64,000 nt of DNA from Candidatus Sulfomarinibacteraceae bacterium (GCA_963796455.1 CAWCLO010000004.1:864001-928000), one strand, 5' to 3'; shown: positions 36,156 through 48,305, counted from the first letter of the stretch. Program-made: numbers and translations. Notes: a model not told the origin generated them from the letters alone.

Positions 36156-38228
36156 ATGGTGGCAACGATGACCATCGTATTGTTCCTCCTCCTGGTGACC
36201 GCTGCGGGACTTGGCGGCTACGGCCTGCTGATTCGCCTCGGGCTCGACGATTTCGAGGCCTGGGCAGGTGGGCGGCTGGCCGGTCTGGTGGCGGTGGCAT
36301 TTCCCATCTGGTGGGCCGGGGTGCTCGGGTTGAAACGGTGGCAGGGCTTGGGTCTATTGCTGCTGTTGATCGCGGCCACCTATGGCGGCTACGTGCTCTT
36401 CAAGCGCCGGCCGTTTCGAGCGCTGCTTGCAGCCGAGGCCGTGTTTCTTGTCGGCGTACTGCTCATCGTTGTCCTGAGGCTCGACCACGCCTCGATCAGC
36501 GGCACCGAAAAGCCGATGGACATGGGGATATTCGCCTCTCTGATGCGGGCTGAAGGATTTCCGCCTCCTGATATGTGGTTGGCGGGTGAGGGGCTGGCGT
36601 ACTACTACTGGGGCGCCCTGATCTGGACCGTACCATTGGTGGTGGCGTCGATTCCCCTCGAGATCGCCTACAACCTGATCGTCGCGCTGATCGGTGGCCT
36701 GGTCGGTGTGTTGTTGTGGTCGCTCGGGCGGCGCCTCGGTGGCGGCCACTGGAGCGGCCTGATGGTGATGTTCTTCGGCGCTCTGGCCGGGACCCCTGAC
36801 GGGCTTCGACAACTCCTGGCGGGGACGCGTCTGTCGGGTCTGGACTACTGGCACTCCTCGCGCCAGATCCAGGACACCATCACCGAATTTCCGCTCTTCA
36901 CCCTCTGGCTCGGAGACCTGCATCCCCACCTGCTTTCGATGCCGCTCATTTGCATGGCGCTTTTGGTCGCCCTCGAAGCGGGCCGCAGGGGCCCGAATGT
37001 CCTGCAGGTTGCGGCATTGACGGTTCTTTTTGGTGCTGCCTACGCGGCCAATCCCTGGTGCATGCCGCCGACCCTGGTCGCCATTTCGTTGCTGCTGATG
37101 GCGGGGCCGGACCGATGGTATTGGCCGACGGGCGAAGGACAGCGCCGCTGGGTTGCCGCCGCAGTGATCGCCGTGGGTGGGTGGCTGCTCTTCTCGCCCT
37201 TCCACCTCAACTACCAACCCGTGTTCGGTGGCGTCAAACGAGTGATGGCATGGACCGCGCCGCAGGATCTTCTGCTTTATGGGGGCGTGCTGCTGATACC
37301 GGCCGCGATGGCGGCGATCGGCCTGGTGCGGCGTCAACTGGGCAGCACCGAAGAGGTTTCCCGAGCCGTGCTGCTGATGATGGGGGCGGCTGTGTTGGTC
37401 CTGGCCTCGGTGACCGGAAGACCGACCCTGTTGATTCTTCTGATTGTATTTCTTGTATTTGTCGGTGCTGTGCTTTCAGAGTTGTCCTCTAAAGACCGGC
37501 CTGCATTCGCATTGGCGGCGTTGGGCGTATTTCTGTTTTTTGTTCCCGAGATGATCTACGTCGCTGACGATTACGGCGAAGCCCTCCACCGCATGAATAC
37601 GATTTTCAAGTCCTTCATCCAGGGTTGGATCTTCCTGGCGGTGGCGTTGCCGGTCCTTCTGCGCTGGGGTGTCCGTCATCGCGCGGCTCGGGCTGTCCTG
37701 GTGTCGTTGATGGTGGTTGTTGCGCTGCCACATCCCATGAGCATGGTCGGCCACCAGCTGAAGGCCCAGAGCCGGGGGCTCGACGGTCTGACATGGATGC
37801 GGGCCGGCGACCGGGCGATCGTCCGCTGGCTGCGGCAACAGCCTGCGGGAACGACGATTATCGAGGCGGTCGGGGGTGCTTACTCCGAGTATTCCAGGTT
37901 CTCGGCTGCTTCCGGGGTGCCGACTCTGGTGGGGTGGTCGAATCACGAAATGGTGTGGCGGGGCTCCGACATCCTGGTTGAGACCGGGCGCCGCGAGGAG
38001 ATCGTCAAGGAAATCTATTCGGTCGGTGATCCGGCGAAGGTGCGCGACCTCGTCACGAAAGAAGGATTCCAGTTGGTGGTCATCGGTTCGTTGGAACGGA
38101 AGGATTTTGAAGAGGCCGGCATTCAAGCGGTGATCGACGCCGGAGAAATTGTTCTGGACGAAGATGGCGGCCTGGTGGTACGGATTCAACCTTCGCCTGA
38201 TGCGCAGCCGGTCGGCGAAGAGCCGTAG
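36156..38228 (+). CDS. DUF2298 (YYY-type) polytopic membrane protein, putative GT-C glycosyltransferase
   Basis: EKPMD, PPPDMWLAG...YYYWG, TITEFP, GDLHPH, RMNTIFK. Confidence 0.88.
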   Translation: MVATMTIVLFLLLVTAAGLGGYGLLIRLGLDDFEAWAGGRLAGLVAVAFPIWWAGVLGLKRWQGLGLLLLLIAATYGGYVLFKRRPFRALLAAEAVFLVGVLLIVVLRLDHASISGTEKPMDMGIFASLMRAEGFPPPDMWLAGEGLAYYYWGALIWTVPLVVASIPLEIAYNLIVALIGGLVGVLLWSLGRRLGGGHWSGLMVMFFGALAGTPDGLRQLLAGTRLSGLDYWHSSRQIQDTITEFPLFTLWLGDLHPHLLSMPLICMALLVALEAGRRGPNVLQVAALTVLFGAAYAANPWCMPPTLVAISLLLMAGPDRWYWPTGEGQRRWVAAAVIAVGGWLLFSPFHLNYQPVFGGVKRVMAWTAPQDLLLYGGVLLIPAAMAAIGLVRRQLGSTEEVSRAVLLMMGAAVLVLASVTGRPTLLILLIVFLVFVGAVLSELSSKDRPAFALAALGVFLFFVPEMIYVADDYGEALHRMNTIFKSFIQGWIFLAVALPVLLRWGVRHRAARAVLVSLMVVVALPHPMSMVGHQLKAQSRGLDGLTWMRAGDRAIVRWLRQQPAGTTIIEAVGGAYSEYSRFSAASGVPTLVGWSNHEMVWRGSDILVETGRREEIVKEIYSVGDPAKVRDLVTKEGFQLVVIGSLERKDFEEAGIQAVIDAGEIVLDEDGGLVVRIQPSPDAQPVGEEP

Positions 38229-39221
38229 ATGACGGGTTATGATGGACCGGTGATGTCCACTCAACCAGAACTCAGTGTTGTCGTTCCAGCTTATAACGAA
38301 GAAAAGAACGTCGCCGCCATGCACGAACGATTGGTGGCCTCGCTCGATGATCTCGTTGATGGCCTCGAAATCGTCTACGTCGACGACGGATCGGCGGACG
38401 ACACCTGGCAGATGGTCAGCGACCTGGCAGTCGCCGATCAACGGGTGCGGGGCATTCGCTTCGCCCGGAACTTCGGCCATCAAGCCGCGCTGACCGCCGG
38501 CGTGGACGCCGCCCGCGGGCGCGCGGTGGTGATCATCGACGGAGATCTTCAGGATCCGCCGGAGGTGATCCCCGAGATGGTCGAGAAATGGCGCGAAGGT
38601 TTTGAGGTGGTTTACGGCCAACGCGCGTCCCGCGAGGGCGAGACCTGGTTCAAGCTCACTACAGCATCTCTCTTTTATCGCATCCTTCGCGGAATCACGA
38701 ACGTCGAGATCCCGGTCGATACCGGCGATTTTCGTCTGATGGGACCACGTGCGGTGACGGCATTCAGGTCCTTGCCGGAACGTAATCGTTTCATCCGTGG
38801 ACTGGTCAGCTGGATTGGTTTTCGCCAGACCGCCGTGCTTTACAACCGGCGTGCACGCGAAGTCGGCGAGACAAAGTTCCCGGTTCGCAAAATGCTCCGT
38901 TTCGCCCTCGACGGCATTACTTCGTTTTCGTTCTTTCCGCTGCGGCTCGCGACCTGGACGGGTTTCGCGGTGTCGCTCTTCGCCTTTCTCTACATTGTGG
39001 TGGTGCTGGTTCTCAAGGCCATCGGTGTTTCGTGGCTCGGCTATACCTCATTGATGGCATCGATCCTCTTTCTTGGGGGAGTGCAATTGCTGATGATCGG
39101 CATCATGGGTGAGTATCTCGCGCGTATCTTCGATGAGGTCAAGCGGCGGCCCCTCTATCTGGTCGGCGATTCGACGGATGGAGAGGTGGGGGTTGTACCA
39201 CCCGAACGCCCGACCGCCTGA
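38229..39221 (+). CDS. GT2 polyprenol-phosphate glycosyltransferase (GtrB-like)
   Basis: VVPAYNE, DDGS, RNFGHQAAL, DGDLQDPP; two C-terminal TM. Confidence 0.95.
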   Translation: MTGYDGPVMSTQPELSVVVPAYNEEKNVAAMHERLVASLDDLVDGLEIVYVDDGSADDTWQMVSDLAVADQRVRGIRFARNFGHQAALTAGVDAARGRAVVIIDGDLQDPPEVIPEMVEKWREGFEVVYGQRASREGETWFKLTTASLFYRILRGITNVEIPVDTGDFRLMGPRAVTAFRSLPERNRFIRGLVSWIGFRQTAVLYNRRAREVGETKFPVRKMLRFALDGITSFSFFPLRLATWTGFAVSLFAFLYIVVVLVLKAIGVSWLGYTSLMASILFLGGVQLLMIGIMGEYLARIFDEVKRRPLYLVGDSTDGEVGVVPPERPTA

Positions 39222-39368
39222 CATTTCGTCATCCTTTCCGGTTGAGGAAACAGACGGTAACCTGTGACCGCGGCGGAACACATTGTTCAGTTGATGTCGA
39301 TGGGGGAGCATTCTTATTCTGGAGACCCCGGTCGATCGCAGTCCGGATCTCGACGAAAAGGAGGGCAG

Positions 39369-39701
39369 ATGGACAGCTATTACAAGGCCGAACACCTGGC
39401 GCATTTCAGCGATATCTCCGAAGGCAATGACGAGCTGGCCAAGAAGTTTTTCGACTACTACGGTTCTGTCTTTGCCGATGGGGCCCTTACGGTTCGCGAA
39501 AAGGCCCTGATAGCGCTCGCAGTGTCCCATGCGGTGCAGTGTCCGTACTGCATCGACGCCTACTCGACCGAGAGCCTGAAACAGGGCGCCGACCTCGAGG
39601 AGATGACCGAGGCGGTGCACGTGGCGACCGCCATTCGCGGCGGCGCATCGTTGGTTCATGGCCTGCAGATGCTCGAACACGTAACCAAGTCGTCGATGTA
39701 G
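39369..39701 (+). CDS. CMD/AhpD-like protein of the type found beside arsS
   Basis: GGAG RBS; REKALIALAVSHAVQCPYCID...AIRGGASLVHG. Confidence 0.88.
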   Translation: MDSYYKAEHLAHFSDISEGNDELAKKFFDYYGSVFADGALTVREKALIALAVSHAVQCPYCIDAYSTESLKQGADLEEMTEAVHVATAIRGGASLVHGLQMLEHVTKSSM

Positions 39702-39730
39702 ACAAAAAAGGCGGTCAAGGAGCAATTGGA

Positions 39731-40882
<1,152 letters not shown>

Positions 40883-40939
40883 ACCGTGGCCCGGGGTTGG
40901 GCGCTGTCACAGGGGCATCGCGAGATTTCATAACTGCAA

Positions 40940-41900
40940 CGGCGGAAGAACGCCCCCAGATCACGTAGATAGACGCAGATTGATCATCGCTATCGCTATC
41001 GCTATCGCTCTCGCTATCGGTATCGACGGGAGACGAATGCGATATGCCCACAGATCACCCAGATGGAGCCAGATTCAGCCCAAACCGTCGCAATCACGAA
41101 GCCACAAAGACACAAAGTAACCACCAAGTTGCTTGTCACGGCGTAGCCGCGGAGCGACGAAGCAGGACCCACAGAACACACAGAAAAACACAGAAGCCAT
41201 CGCAAAGGCACGACCGGAGTGCAGCCGGGACGGCTGCACCACCATGGTGGTGCACGCGTCTCGCGTGCACATGGTTGAACCGCAAAGAACGCAAAGTCGC
41301 CAAGGCCTGGTTGGTGAGCTTTTGCGGTGTTGTCATCAGTGTCGGCAGCTCGACAGACGATCTCTGATCGTCTGTCACCGGTGAGAAGCGGGGTGACTCC
41401 AATCGCCAGCGCTCGGAGTCACCCCGTTTCCCACCGGCCGGCAAGCCTACGGCATGCCGAATCTGCCTTGCATCGGGGGCCCCATCCTTGATTGAAGAAA
41501 AGGAGAGGAAGGAGGCGAGACCTGCGCGGTCGCGCAGGCCGCTGGGTAAGGAAATCGCGACGAAAGCTGGTTTTCGGGGCGATTTCCTTACCCAGCGGTA
41601 CCTGGCCGTCGGATGGCGGCCAAGACCTCGCCGAGCGGAGGGTTTTTCCGGGAAGTCCTCTGCGTCTCGCGCCTTTGCGTCTCTGCGTTAAGAACTCGGT
41701 AGGCGGAAAGCTGCCTGCATGTCAACGGGTCGAGGGAGATCGCTATCTGATTGTTATCTGCGTCCATCTGCGTGATCTGCGGGCGTTCTCTCTCTCTGTG
41801 CCTCCGTGCCTCTGTGGTTTTCTTGGTGTGACCCCTTCGTGCCTTCGTATCTTCGTGTTTGTGGCGAGACGTGCTGGCTCGGTGTCTCTGCGGTTTGCCC
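40940..41900. repeat. Composite repeat, family B
   Basis: Core matches 23470-24010; 41756-41867 is the near reverse complement of 22995-23108. Confidence 0.9.
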
Positions 41901-41920
41901 AGGTCTAGCCTGATGGGGCG

Positions 41921-43084
41921 TCAGTCCTCGTAGATCTTGATCGCCACGATGGTGGACAACGGGATTTCATCGACGTAACGGACCACTCCTCCGCCCATGT
42001 CATCCTCAACCGCGAGCAGGAGGTCTGCTCCCTGGATGCCTCTCAGATGGCCCTCGCGGGTGACTCCACTGGTGATTCTGAGTTCGGCCCGTTTGCCGTC
42101 GGCCGCCCGGATCGCTGTTGTTTCGCCGGGCCCGAGGATCTGGAATCGAACGATTGTCTTGTGCTGGCGCGCCGCGCGGTCGATGGGTGCCGTCGGAAAA
42201 CCGAAACGTAATGAAATCCGGCGAGCGCGTTCCAAAAGCGCTTCCGCGTCCTCGAACCGTTGTTCGTTGGCCGCGTGGTTTGCGTCGTTGATAAAAATGG
42301 TCACGAGTTGCTCGGCGATTTCCACAACCGAGCTGTCGTTTCGATCGATGAGAGAGGCGGTGGCCAGGTTTCGAACCGCGCCCTCGAGATCGCCGCGGCC
42401 AAGCGCCAGACGGGCTTCCGCGATCGATTCCGCAAGGATCTTCTTCGGACTGTCGGTGTCATCGCGGCGAACCGTGGGGGTTGCAACGGGCGCCGGCGTC
42501 GGCACCGGTGTGTTCACCACCGGTGGTGTCGGCACCGCTTCGGTGCTTGGGTCTTTGGCTGCGAATGGGCCTTTGCCGAGAATGATCATCACTGCCACAA
42601 GGACCGCAGCGACCAATAGCACGAGGCCGACAATGATGGGCCAGGGTACCGGAGATGATGATTCTTCATCCGAGGGCTCGCGGTCGAGTTCGAGATCTCC
42701 GGGGGTGGACGGCCGGGCGGCGGACGATTGGGAAGGAGGGGCCGGTTGTGTGGGTTCCTGGGGAACGTCGCCGGCTCCAGGATCGAGCCCGCGAAGGGTT
42801 CGTTCGACGTGAGAGATTTCCCTGCCGACCGACGTGAAACCCATGCTCTCGAAGAGGTGGGCCACGGGAAAGAGCTCCCGCGCCATAGCGCCGAAGGCGA
42901 GCGGTTCACCCGATGCTTCGACTCCAGCCTCGAGCCGGCTGATGACGGAGGTCAAGCGCTCTTTCATAAGCGGAAACTCTTCGTTGCGGGTACCCATCGA
43001 TTCACATTTGCGCTCGATGTCTTTGAGACGGGCGATGACCGGTGTGAGTGCGGTCTGATTCGGGGAGTTTTCACCGTTCGTCAT
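41921..43084 (-). CDS. Hypothetical single-TM protein with Pro-rich linkers and TPR-like helices
   Basis: 387-aa ORF with a central TM segment. Confidence 0.8.
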   Translation of the reverse strand: MTNGENSPNQTALTPVIARLKDIERKCESMGTRNEEFPLMKERLTSVISRLEAGVEASGEPLAFGAMARELFPVAHLFESMGFTSVGREISHVERTLRGLDPGAGDVPQEPTQPAPPSQSSAARPSTPGDLELDREPSDEESSSPVPWPIIVGLVLLVAAVLVAVMIILGKGPFAAKDPSTEAVPTPPVVNTPVPTPAPVATPTVRRDDTDSPKKILAESIAEARLALGRGDLEGAVRNLATASLIDRNDSSVVEIAEQLVTIFINDANHAANEQRFEDAEALLERARRISLRFGFPTAPIDRAARQHKTIVRFQILGPGETTAIRAADGKRAELRITSGVTREGHLRGIQGADLLLAVEDDMGGGVVRYVDEIPLSTIVAIKIYED

Positions 43085-43185
43085 TTCGTGTCGATCTTAT
43101 CCTAATCCGCTCTTCATCTCGCCTTCGAGCCTCGGAGAACGAAAGAAGGTCCACGAAGATCGATCTGTTCATCTAAAGTAAGGGG

Positions 43186-45210
43186 GTGAGATCTCGGACT
43201 TTAACTTTTGCAGGAGTGGCCCTTCTTCTCGTGGGCCTGCTGGCAAGCTGCAATGCTGCGCCGCCACGATTGGTCGATGTGGATGAGATCCGGGAATTCG
43301 GCGAACTCCGGGTTGCGGTGCGTCCCGGGTTTGTCGATGCTGCCGGTCAGTCGGGGCCGGATCCGGACGAGGCAGAGCTGTTGACCCTTCTTGCGGCCCG
43401 TCTCGGCGTCGAGCTCCGGTGGATCGAGGCCGCACGCCACGATCAGGTGTTGCCGATGATTCGAAGCGGCGGAGCCGACATCGGCGTGATTCGTTTCTCG
43501 CCCGCCTTTCTCCACGCCCACGATCTCGGCGACCCGTCGGCAATCGAATGGGTCGAGGATGTCCTGGTTACCTCGGATTCGTCCCACATCAATGACCTCG
43601 AGTCGGCTCGGGGCTCTTCGGTCCACATCCACCGCTCGCTTCTGACCGAGGCTGTCCACGGATTCGTACGGGCGAATGGACTGACGGTGGTCGAGGTGCC
43701 GGAAGAGGTGACGCTCGAAGAGACGATGCGAAGGGTCGCTTCGGGTCGCTACCCGTTGACCGTGACGGATTCGCGCTTTGCCCACGATCGGGGGGCTCTT
43801 GGGCGCTTCAGAGTCTTGGCATCGGTGGGTGGATCCAGGGCGGTCGTATGGGCAGTCAGGAATTCGAGTTCGCGACTCCGGATGGCGATCGATCAGTTTC
43901 TCTTTGCAGAAAGGGTATTGGCCCGGACAACGAAGATACCGGTGTGCCGCGATCTTAGTGAGATTCGCCGTCAAGGAGTGTTGCGGCTGGTCACTCGGAA
44001 CTCCGCAACCACCTACCGCGTGGACCGCGGTGGTCTTGGTGGTTTCGAGTACGAACTCGTTCGGTCCTTTGCACGATCAATCGGCGTTCGACTCGAGTTG
44101 TCGATCCCGCCGCCGGAGATCGATCCGGTGGCGTGGTTGGGGCAGGGCCACGGAGATCTGGCGGCGCTTCACGAACCGGTTGCCCCGGAAGACCAGGGCT
44201 CGGTGCTCGAGACCATCTCCTATCGGCGGGTCGATCTGATCTCGGTGTTGTCGTCCCGGACCAGGGCCCCGTCTTCAATTGGTGATCTGGCGGGCGTGCG
44301 GGTCGCGGCGTCGAGAGCGGTTGCCGAGTTGTGCCGCTTGATGCCGCTTGCTGCACCGTTGAGGGCCGCGGAGCCCTCGCCGGCCGGTGATGCAGCGGCC
44401 TCGGTTTCGTCGGTCCTTCGCCGCCAGGTTCCGGTCGCGGTGGTGGATGAGGATATGGCGAGGCTTGCGATCTCGAATCGTGGGGATCTGCAGCCGGGTC
44501 CGGTCATCATTCCCGGTGCGGAACTGGCGTGGTTGCTCAATTCGGGCTCGCCGGATCTACTTCGTGCCGCAAATGTGTTCCTCCTTGAAGCCCGATCATC
44601 AGGTTATGTTCGCCAGTTGGTGCTCAATGAGTTTCGTTCGTGGATGCCTCCTCGGCAGAAGGCGGCGTTACCGACACCGGATGGTGCTCTCAGCCCTTAC
44701 GATGAGCTCCTTCAATGGGTTGGGAGAAAGTATGAAATCGACTGGCGGCTTCTGGCCTCACTGATGTATGAAGAATCCCAATTCGATCCGGAGGCGGTCG
44801 GCCCCGGCGGTTCCGCGGGTCTGTTCCAGTTCATGCCGATGACCTGGCGCGAGCTCGGGGTCGAAGACCCCCATCATCCCGCGGAGGCGGCTGAAGCGGG
44901 GGCGCGCTACCTGCGGCAACTGATGGACTATTTCGAAGAGCTCCTTCTTCAGGACCGGGTGGCAATGGCCATTGCGTCATACAACGTCGGCCCGGGCCAT
45001 GTTTTCGACGCCCGGCGTCTGGCGCGTGAAATGGGATTCGACCCCGACCGATGGCAGGACTCAGTGGAGACCGCAATGCTCCTGCTCGACGATTCCGAGG
45101 TGGCGCGCAGTTATCCCTCCGGTGTTTGCCGTTGTCGCCGCGCGGTGGGCTACACCAGGAGGATTTTACGGCGCTACGCCGCCTACGCCGAGCAGTATCC
45201 CCCCGCCTGA
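43186..45210 (+). CDS. mltF: MltF-like lytic transglycosylase (two substrate-binding domains + SLT)
   Basis: GGFEYELV, DWRLLASLMYEESQFDP, GLFQFMP, ASYNVG. Confidence 0.85.
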   Translation: MRSRTLTFAGVALLLVGLLASCNAAPPRLVDVDEIREFGELRVAVRPGFVDAAGQSGPDPDEAELLTLLAARLGVELRWIEAARHDQVLPMIRSGGADIGVIRFSPAFLHAHDLGDPSAIEWVEDVLVTSDSSHINDLESARGSSVHIHRSLLTEAVHGFVRANGLTVVEVPEEVTLEETMRRVASGRYPLTVTDSRFAHDRGALGRFRVLASVGGSRAVVWAVRNSSSRLRMAIDQFLFAERVLARTTKIPVCRDLSEIRRQGVLRLVTRNSATTYRVDRGGLGGFEYELVRSFARSIGVRLELSIPPPEIDPVAWLGQGHGDLAALHEPVAPEDQGSVLETISYRRVDLISVLSSRTRAPSSIGDLAGVRVAASRAVAELCRLMPLAAPLRAAEPSPAGDAAASVSSVLRRQVPVAVVDEDMARLAISNRGDLQPGPVIIPGAELAWLLNSGSPDLLRAANVFLLEARSSGYVRQLVLNEFRSWMPPRQKAALPTPDGALSPYDELLQWVGRKYEIDWRLLASLMYEESQFDPEAVGPGGSAGLFQFMPMTWRELGVEDPHHPAEAAEAGARYLRQLMDYFEELLLQDRVAMAIASYNVGPGHVFDARRLAREMGFDPDRWQDSVETAMLLLDDSEVARSYPSGVCRCRRAVGYTRRILRRYAAYAEQYPPA

Positions 45211-45289
45211 GCAAGTCGACGTCATTGGGTCGTTGAGAGCTCGTCGAGTCTTGGAACAGCTGGGGAAAAGGGGAGAAACAGAGACAATC

Positions 45290-45549
45290 CAGCTTGTCCG
45301 TTCCCGAACCCGATCCCGTTCCCGAATCTGTGAGATGAAGAACCGTACCCAACAGGGCGGAGGGGCAGAGGACCGCTCGGCATCCTCGCTATCGCTATCG
45401 AATAGCTGCGGTGGATACTGATCCTGAAGCAGAGAAAGGGAGAGGGAAAGGGGAGAAAGGGAGAAGCGGAGAAAGGGAGAAGGGGAGAGAAGCCTTGAAC
45501 TCTCGAAGAGGCGGGAGAAACTCCGAATTCCGAACTTCGAATTCAGAAC
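45290..45549. repeat. Mosaic of short 6-8 bp imperfect tandem repeats
   Basis: ccgttcccgaacccgatcccg, cgctatcgctatcg, (gggagaaa)n, (ttcgaac/ttccgaa)n. Confidence 0.75.
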
Positions 45550-46710
45550 TCAGATGTTGTTCGCCTGGAACATGTCCCGGAGCTGCAGCAAGGTCTTCGC
45601 GAAATTCGTTTCCTTCAGGTACTCCTGCAGCTGGGCACGGTCGGCCCCGTCGCGGACCTTTTCGTCCACCTTCGATGTGACCTCGTAGAAAACCGACAGA
45701 GGCTGAAGACCGAGGCGGGAGAAATTGACCTCGTACCAGTCGCTAGCGGTGACCTGATCCCAGATCAGAGAGGCCGGTGTGACCTCGTTGCTCCAGACTC
45801 CCTCGGCGACCCTTGTCACCTCGCGATACAGCTCCCGCAGCACGGCGCCATGGTCGTTGTTTTCCAGCGCGGTGCTGAGTTTCGTCTTCCGGTTGTCGCC
45901 CTCATCTGCGAAATCGGAGTCGTGTTCCGCCCGCGCGGCGGCTCTGGTCTCGACTTCCGATGCTTCGTCATCGACTGACTCTGGTGGGTCCTCGGATAGA
46001 GCCGGTATCGACGGGATCTCTTTGGTCGGGATGTCATCTTCATCGGTGACCCGCGGTTTGTCGGGTGAGGCCGTCTCTACAGCCGGTTCCGGCTTTGCCG
46101 CGCCCCGGGCATTGCGTTGCGGCCGGGTTGGCTCGTCCATACCGGCTGGTGACGCCGCCGGCTCGGGTTTCGGGTCCGGAGGATCGGGCGTCGCCTCCAC
46201 CGATTCGGATTTGGCGGCCGCTTGAACGGGTTTCTTTTTCTCGGGCGCCGACTGTATCGAGGCGACGTGTGCCGAGGTCTCTTCGATGGCTTTTCTGAAT
46301 CGTAGGTGGAAGGTTCCGAGAAACGAGAGTTCGGTCTCGGAGATGGGTCGCGCACGCCCGAGCTTGGAGCGCATCACATCGAGCTCCAGGAAGCGTGCGT
46401 GAAGGAGCGCAGGGCTCGGGGCGAGTGCCACGAAACCGGGAAAATGTTCGGAGTTCTTTTCGAGGATCTGGATCAGATCGGGAAAGGTCGCATAGTCCAT
46501 GATCTGCTGGTACTGGCCTTCGTACCAGTCAATGGATTTCTCTCGTTCCTTGGCTGCAACCAGACGTTCGAAGACCTCCTCGGGGAGGCCTTTGCGATAC
46601 CATTCTTCGCCATACACCCGCTCCAGCCCCTCGCGAATAGCGATCCTGAGCTGGCCGAGAATTTCGGAGACGATGCGGTACGCATCGATGTTTTGTTCAA
46701 GCCATTCCAT
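45550..46710 (-). CDS. Hypothetical protein; N-terminal Swt1/HEPN-like helical domain (tentative)
   Basis: YGEEWY...MDYATFPDLIQIL..N...F pattern; long acidic/Pro-rich linker. Confidence 0.7.
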   Translation of the reverse strand: MEWLEQNIDAYRIVSEILGQLRIAIREGLERVYGEEWYRKGLPEEVFERLVAAKEREKSIDWYEGQYQQIMDYATFPDLIQILEKNSEHFPGFVALAPSPALLHARFLELDVMRSKLGRARPISETELSFLGTFHLRFRKAIEETSAHVASIQSAPEKKKPVQAAAKSESVEATPDPPDPKPEPAASPAGMDEPTRPQRNARGAAKPEPAVETASPDKPRVTDEDDIPTKEIPSIPALSEDPPESVDDEASEVETRAAARAEHDSDFADEGDNRKTKLSTALENNDHGAVLRELYREVTRVAEGVWSNEVTPASLIWDQVTASDWYEVNFSRLGLQPLSVFYEVTSKVDEKVRDGADRAQLQEYLKETNFAKTLLQLRDMFQANNI

Positions 46711-46844
46711 GTTTTCGATCTCCCAGCGGTCGCGAAGCTAAGAGAAGTCGAGATTATCACGTCGGATATGCGGTTGTCAGAACGGCTGATCGCCGCGATG
46801 ATGTCCGGCGGCCCCGGGGCTCGAAGTTTGATCCACCGCCGATA

Positions 46845-48305
46845 TCACTCCAGGGCATATGCGAAGTCGGGCAACACCGGGCTGTCCTGGAGGAGGAAGA
46901 CGTGGCAATTCTCGCAATCCATCGGAATGGTGAATTTTCCGTCAGCTGTGGCCATCTCGTCATCGTGACAGCGCCAACATCCTGGAAAGTCGTCGTGTCC
47001 GATGTGGTTTGGGTGGGTCTCCCAGTTGGTGTCCATCTCCGGGAAAACGGACCGACCGTAAAATTCAGCGGCGAGCTGGGCACCGCGTTCGATGAGATCG
47101 CGCTGGCTCGCTGCCACTGCTGGGTATTCCGAATCATAGAATTCGATGAGGTTCTGCCGTACGGCTTCCATGCCTTCGGCGTGGGTCGGGTAATCACCCT
47201 CGATAGCAGCCACCGCCTGGCGTTTAAAAAACGGCAGCTCGCTGAGCTCGGGGTGGGTATCCAGGAGCCAATCGACGGCCTTTGGCGGAACGTAGAAGGT
47301 GTGGGTCGGTCGGTTGTGGCAATCGACGCAATCCATGATCTTGGCCGCCGCGACCTCCTCATCAGACGGCGGGTCATCACCGTCCCTGGAGTAGGTCCTG
47401 ACCTCGCCGTCGCGGGTCGTGAGTTCGACCCATGTGATCTCCTCGCGGCGTTCGTCCGAGGAAAGGAAACGGATCTTGTTGTCCGAGTAGATATGCCACC
47501 AATGGATGCCGCCGTGACGTCCGGTGTCGAGCGTGCCGCCTCCGGTTTTCAGGAGCATTGCAGTGTACGAGGGCGTGTTGGCCTCGTCGGATTGGTAGCG
47601 GGAGAAGACGCGAAGTTTGTCACCGTGATGTTTGTTGGGCCAGTGGCAGTGCTCGCAGGTCTCGCGGGCCGGACGCAGGGTATGGAGTGGCGTAGAGATC
47701 GGCCGATCGTAGGTGTCGAGCGCGGTTCGCCAGACCTGTCGGAGGCCGTCGAGCTTCGATTTGACAAACCACGAGGCGCCGGGCCCGATATGGCATTCGA
47801 CACAGGCAACCCGTGAATGGGGGGAGTTCTGATAGGCCGTGAATTCAGGCTGCATCACGGTGTGGCAGGTTTCACCACAAAACTCAACCGTTTCCATTTC
47901 TTCGATCGCAAAGAAGGAGGCGGCGCCGAGAATCACGGTGTTGAGCGCGGTCACCACGATCACGGTCAGAGTCAGACGCCGGACCGCCGGAATGTTGAAA
48001 TCGAGTTTTGGATAGGATGTGATCTCGGCATCTGAGGTGCCCGCTTTCAGGAGGCGTTTGCGTCGGAACCACATTCCGATGGGAATCAAGATCAGCCCGA
48101 TCAGGAAGAAAACCGGCAAGACGGCGTAAGCAAAAAGACCGATATAGGGGTTGTCGAGCCCGCCCCAAAGCTGGGCGAGTAAGAACATGACGATCAGGAG
48201 CCCTGAAAGTGTGGTAATCACTGTTCCCGAAATTGTGAACGGATTGTTGGCGTAGTTGAAAAGCCGGCCAAAGAACCGGTCACGAGATTCCGTCGAAATA
48301 TTCAT
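46845..48305 (-). CDS. NapC/NirT-family membrane multiheme cytochrome c (ImcH-like)
   Basis: 3 N-terminal TM with NPYIG; CGETCH plus 5 CxxCH; LRPARETCEHCH. Confidence 0.9.
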   Translation of the reverse strand: MNISTESRDRFFGRLFNYANNPFTISGTVITTLSGLLIVMFLLAQLWGGLDNPYIGLFAYAVLPVFFLIGLILIPIGMWFRRKRLLKAGTSDAEITSYPKLDFNIPAVRRLTLTVIVVTALNTVILGAASFFAIEEMETVEFCGETCHTVMQPEFTAYQNSPHSRVACVECHIGPGASWFVKSKLDGLRQVWRTALDTYDRPISTPLHTLRPARETCEHCHWPNKHHGDKLRVFSRYQSDEANTPSYTAMLLKTGGGTLDTGRHGGIHWWHIYSDNKIRFLSSDERREEITWVELTTRDGEVRTYSRDGDDPPSDEEVAAAKIMDCVDCHNRPTHTFYVPPKAVDWLLDTHPELSELPFFKRQAVAAIEGDYPTHAEGMEAVRQNLIEFYDSEYPAVAASQRDLIERGAQLAAEFYGRSVFPEMDTNWETHPNHIGHDDFPGCWRCHDDEMATADGKFTIPMDCENCHVFLLQDSPVLPDFAYALE

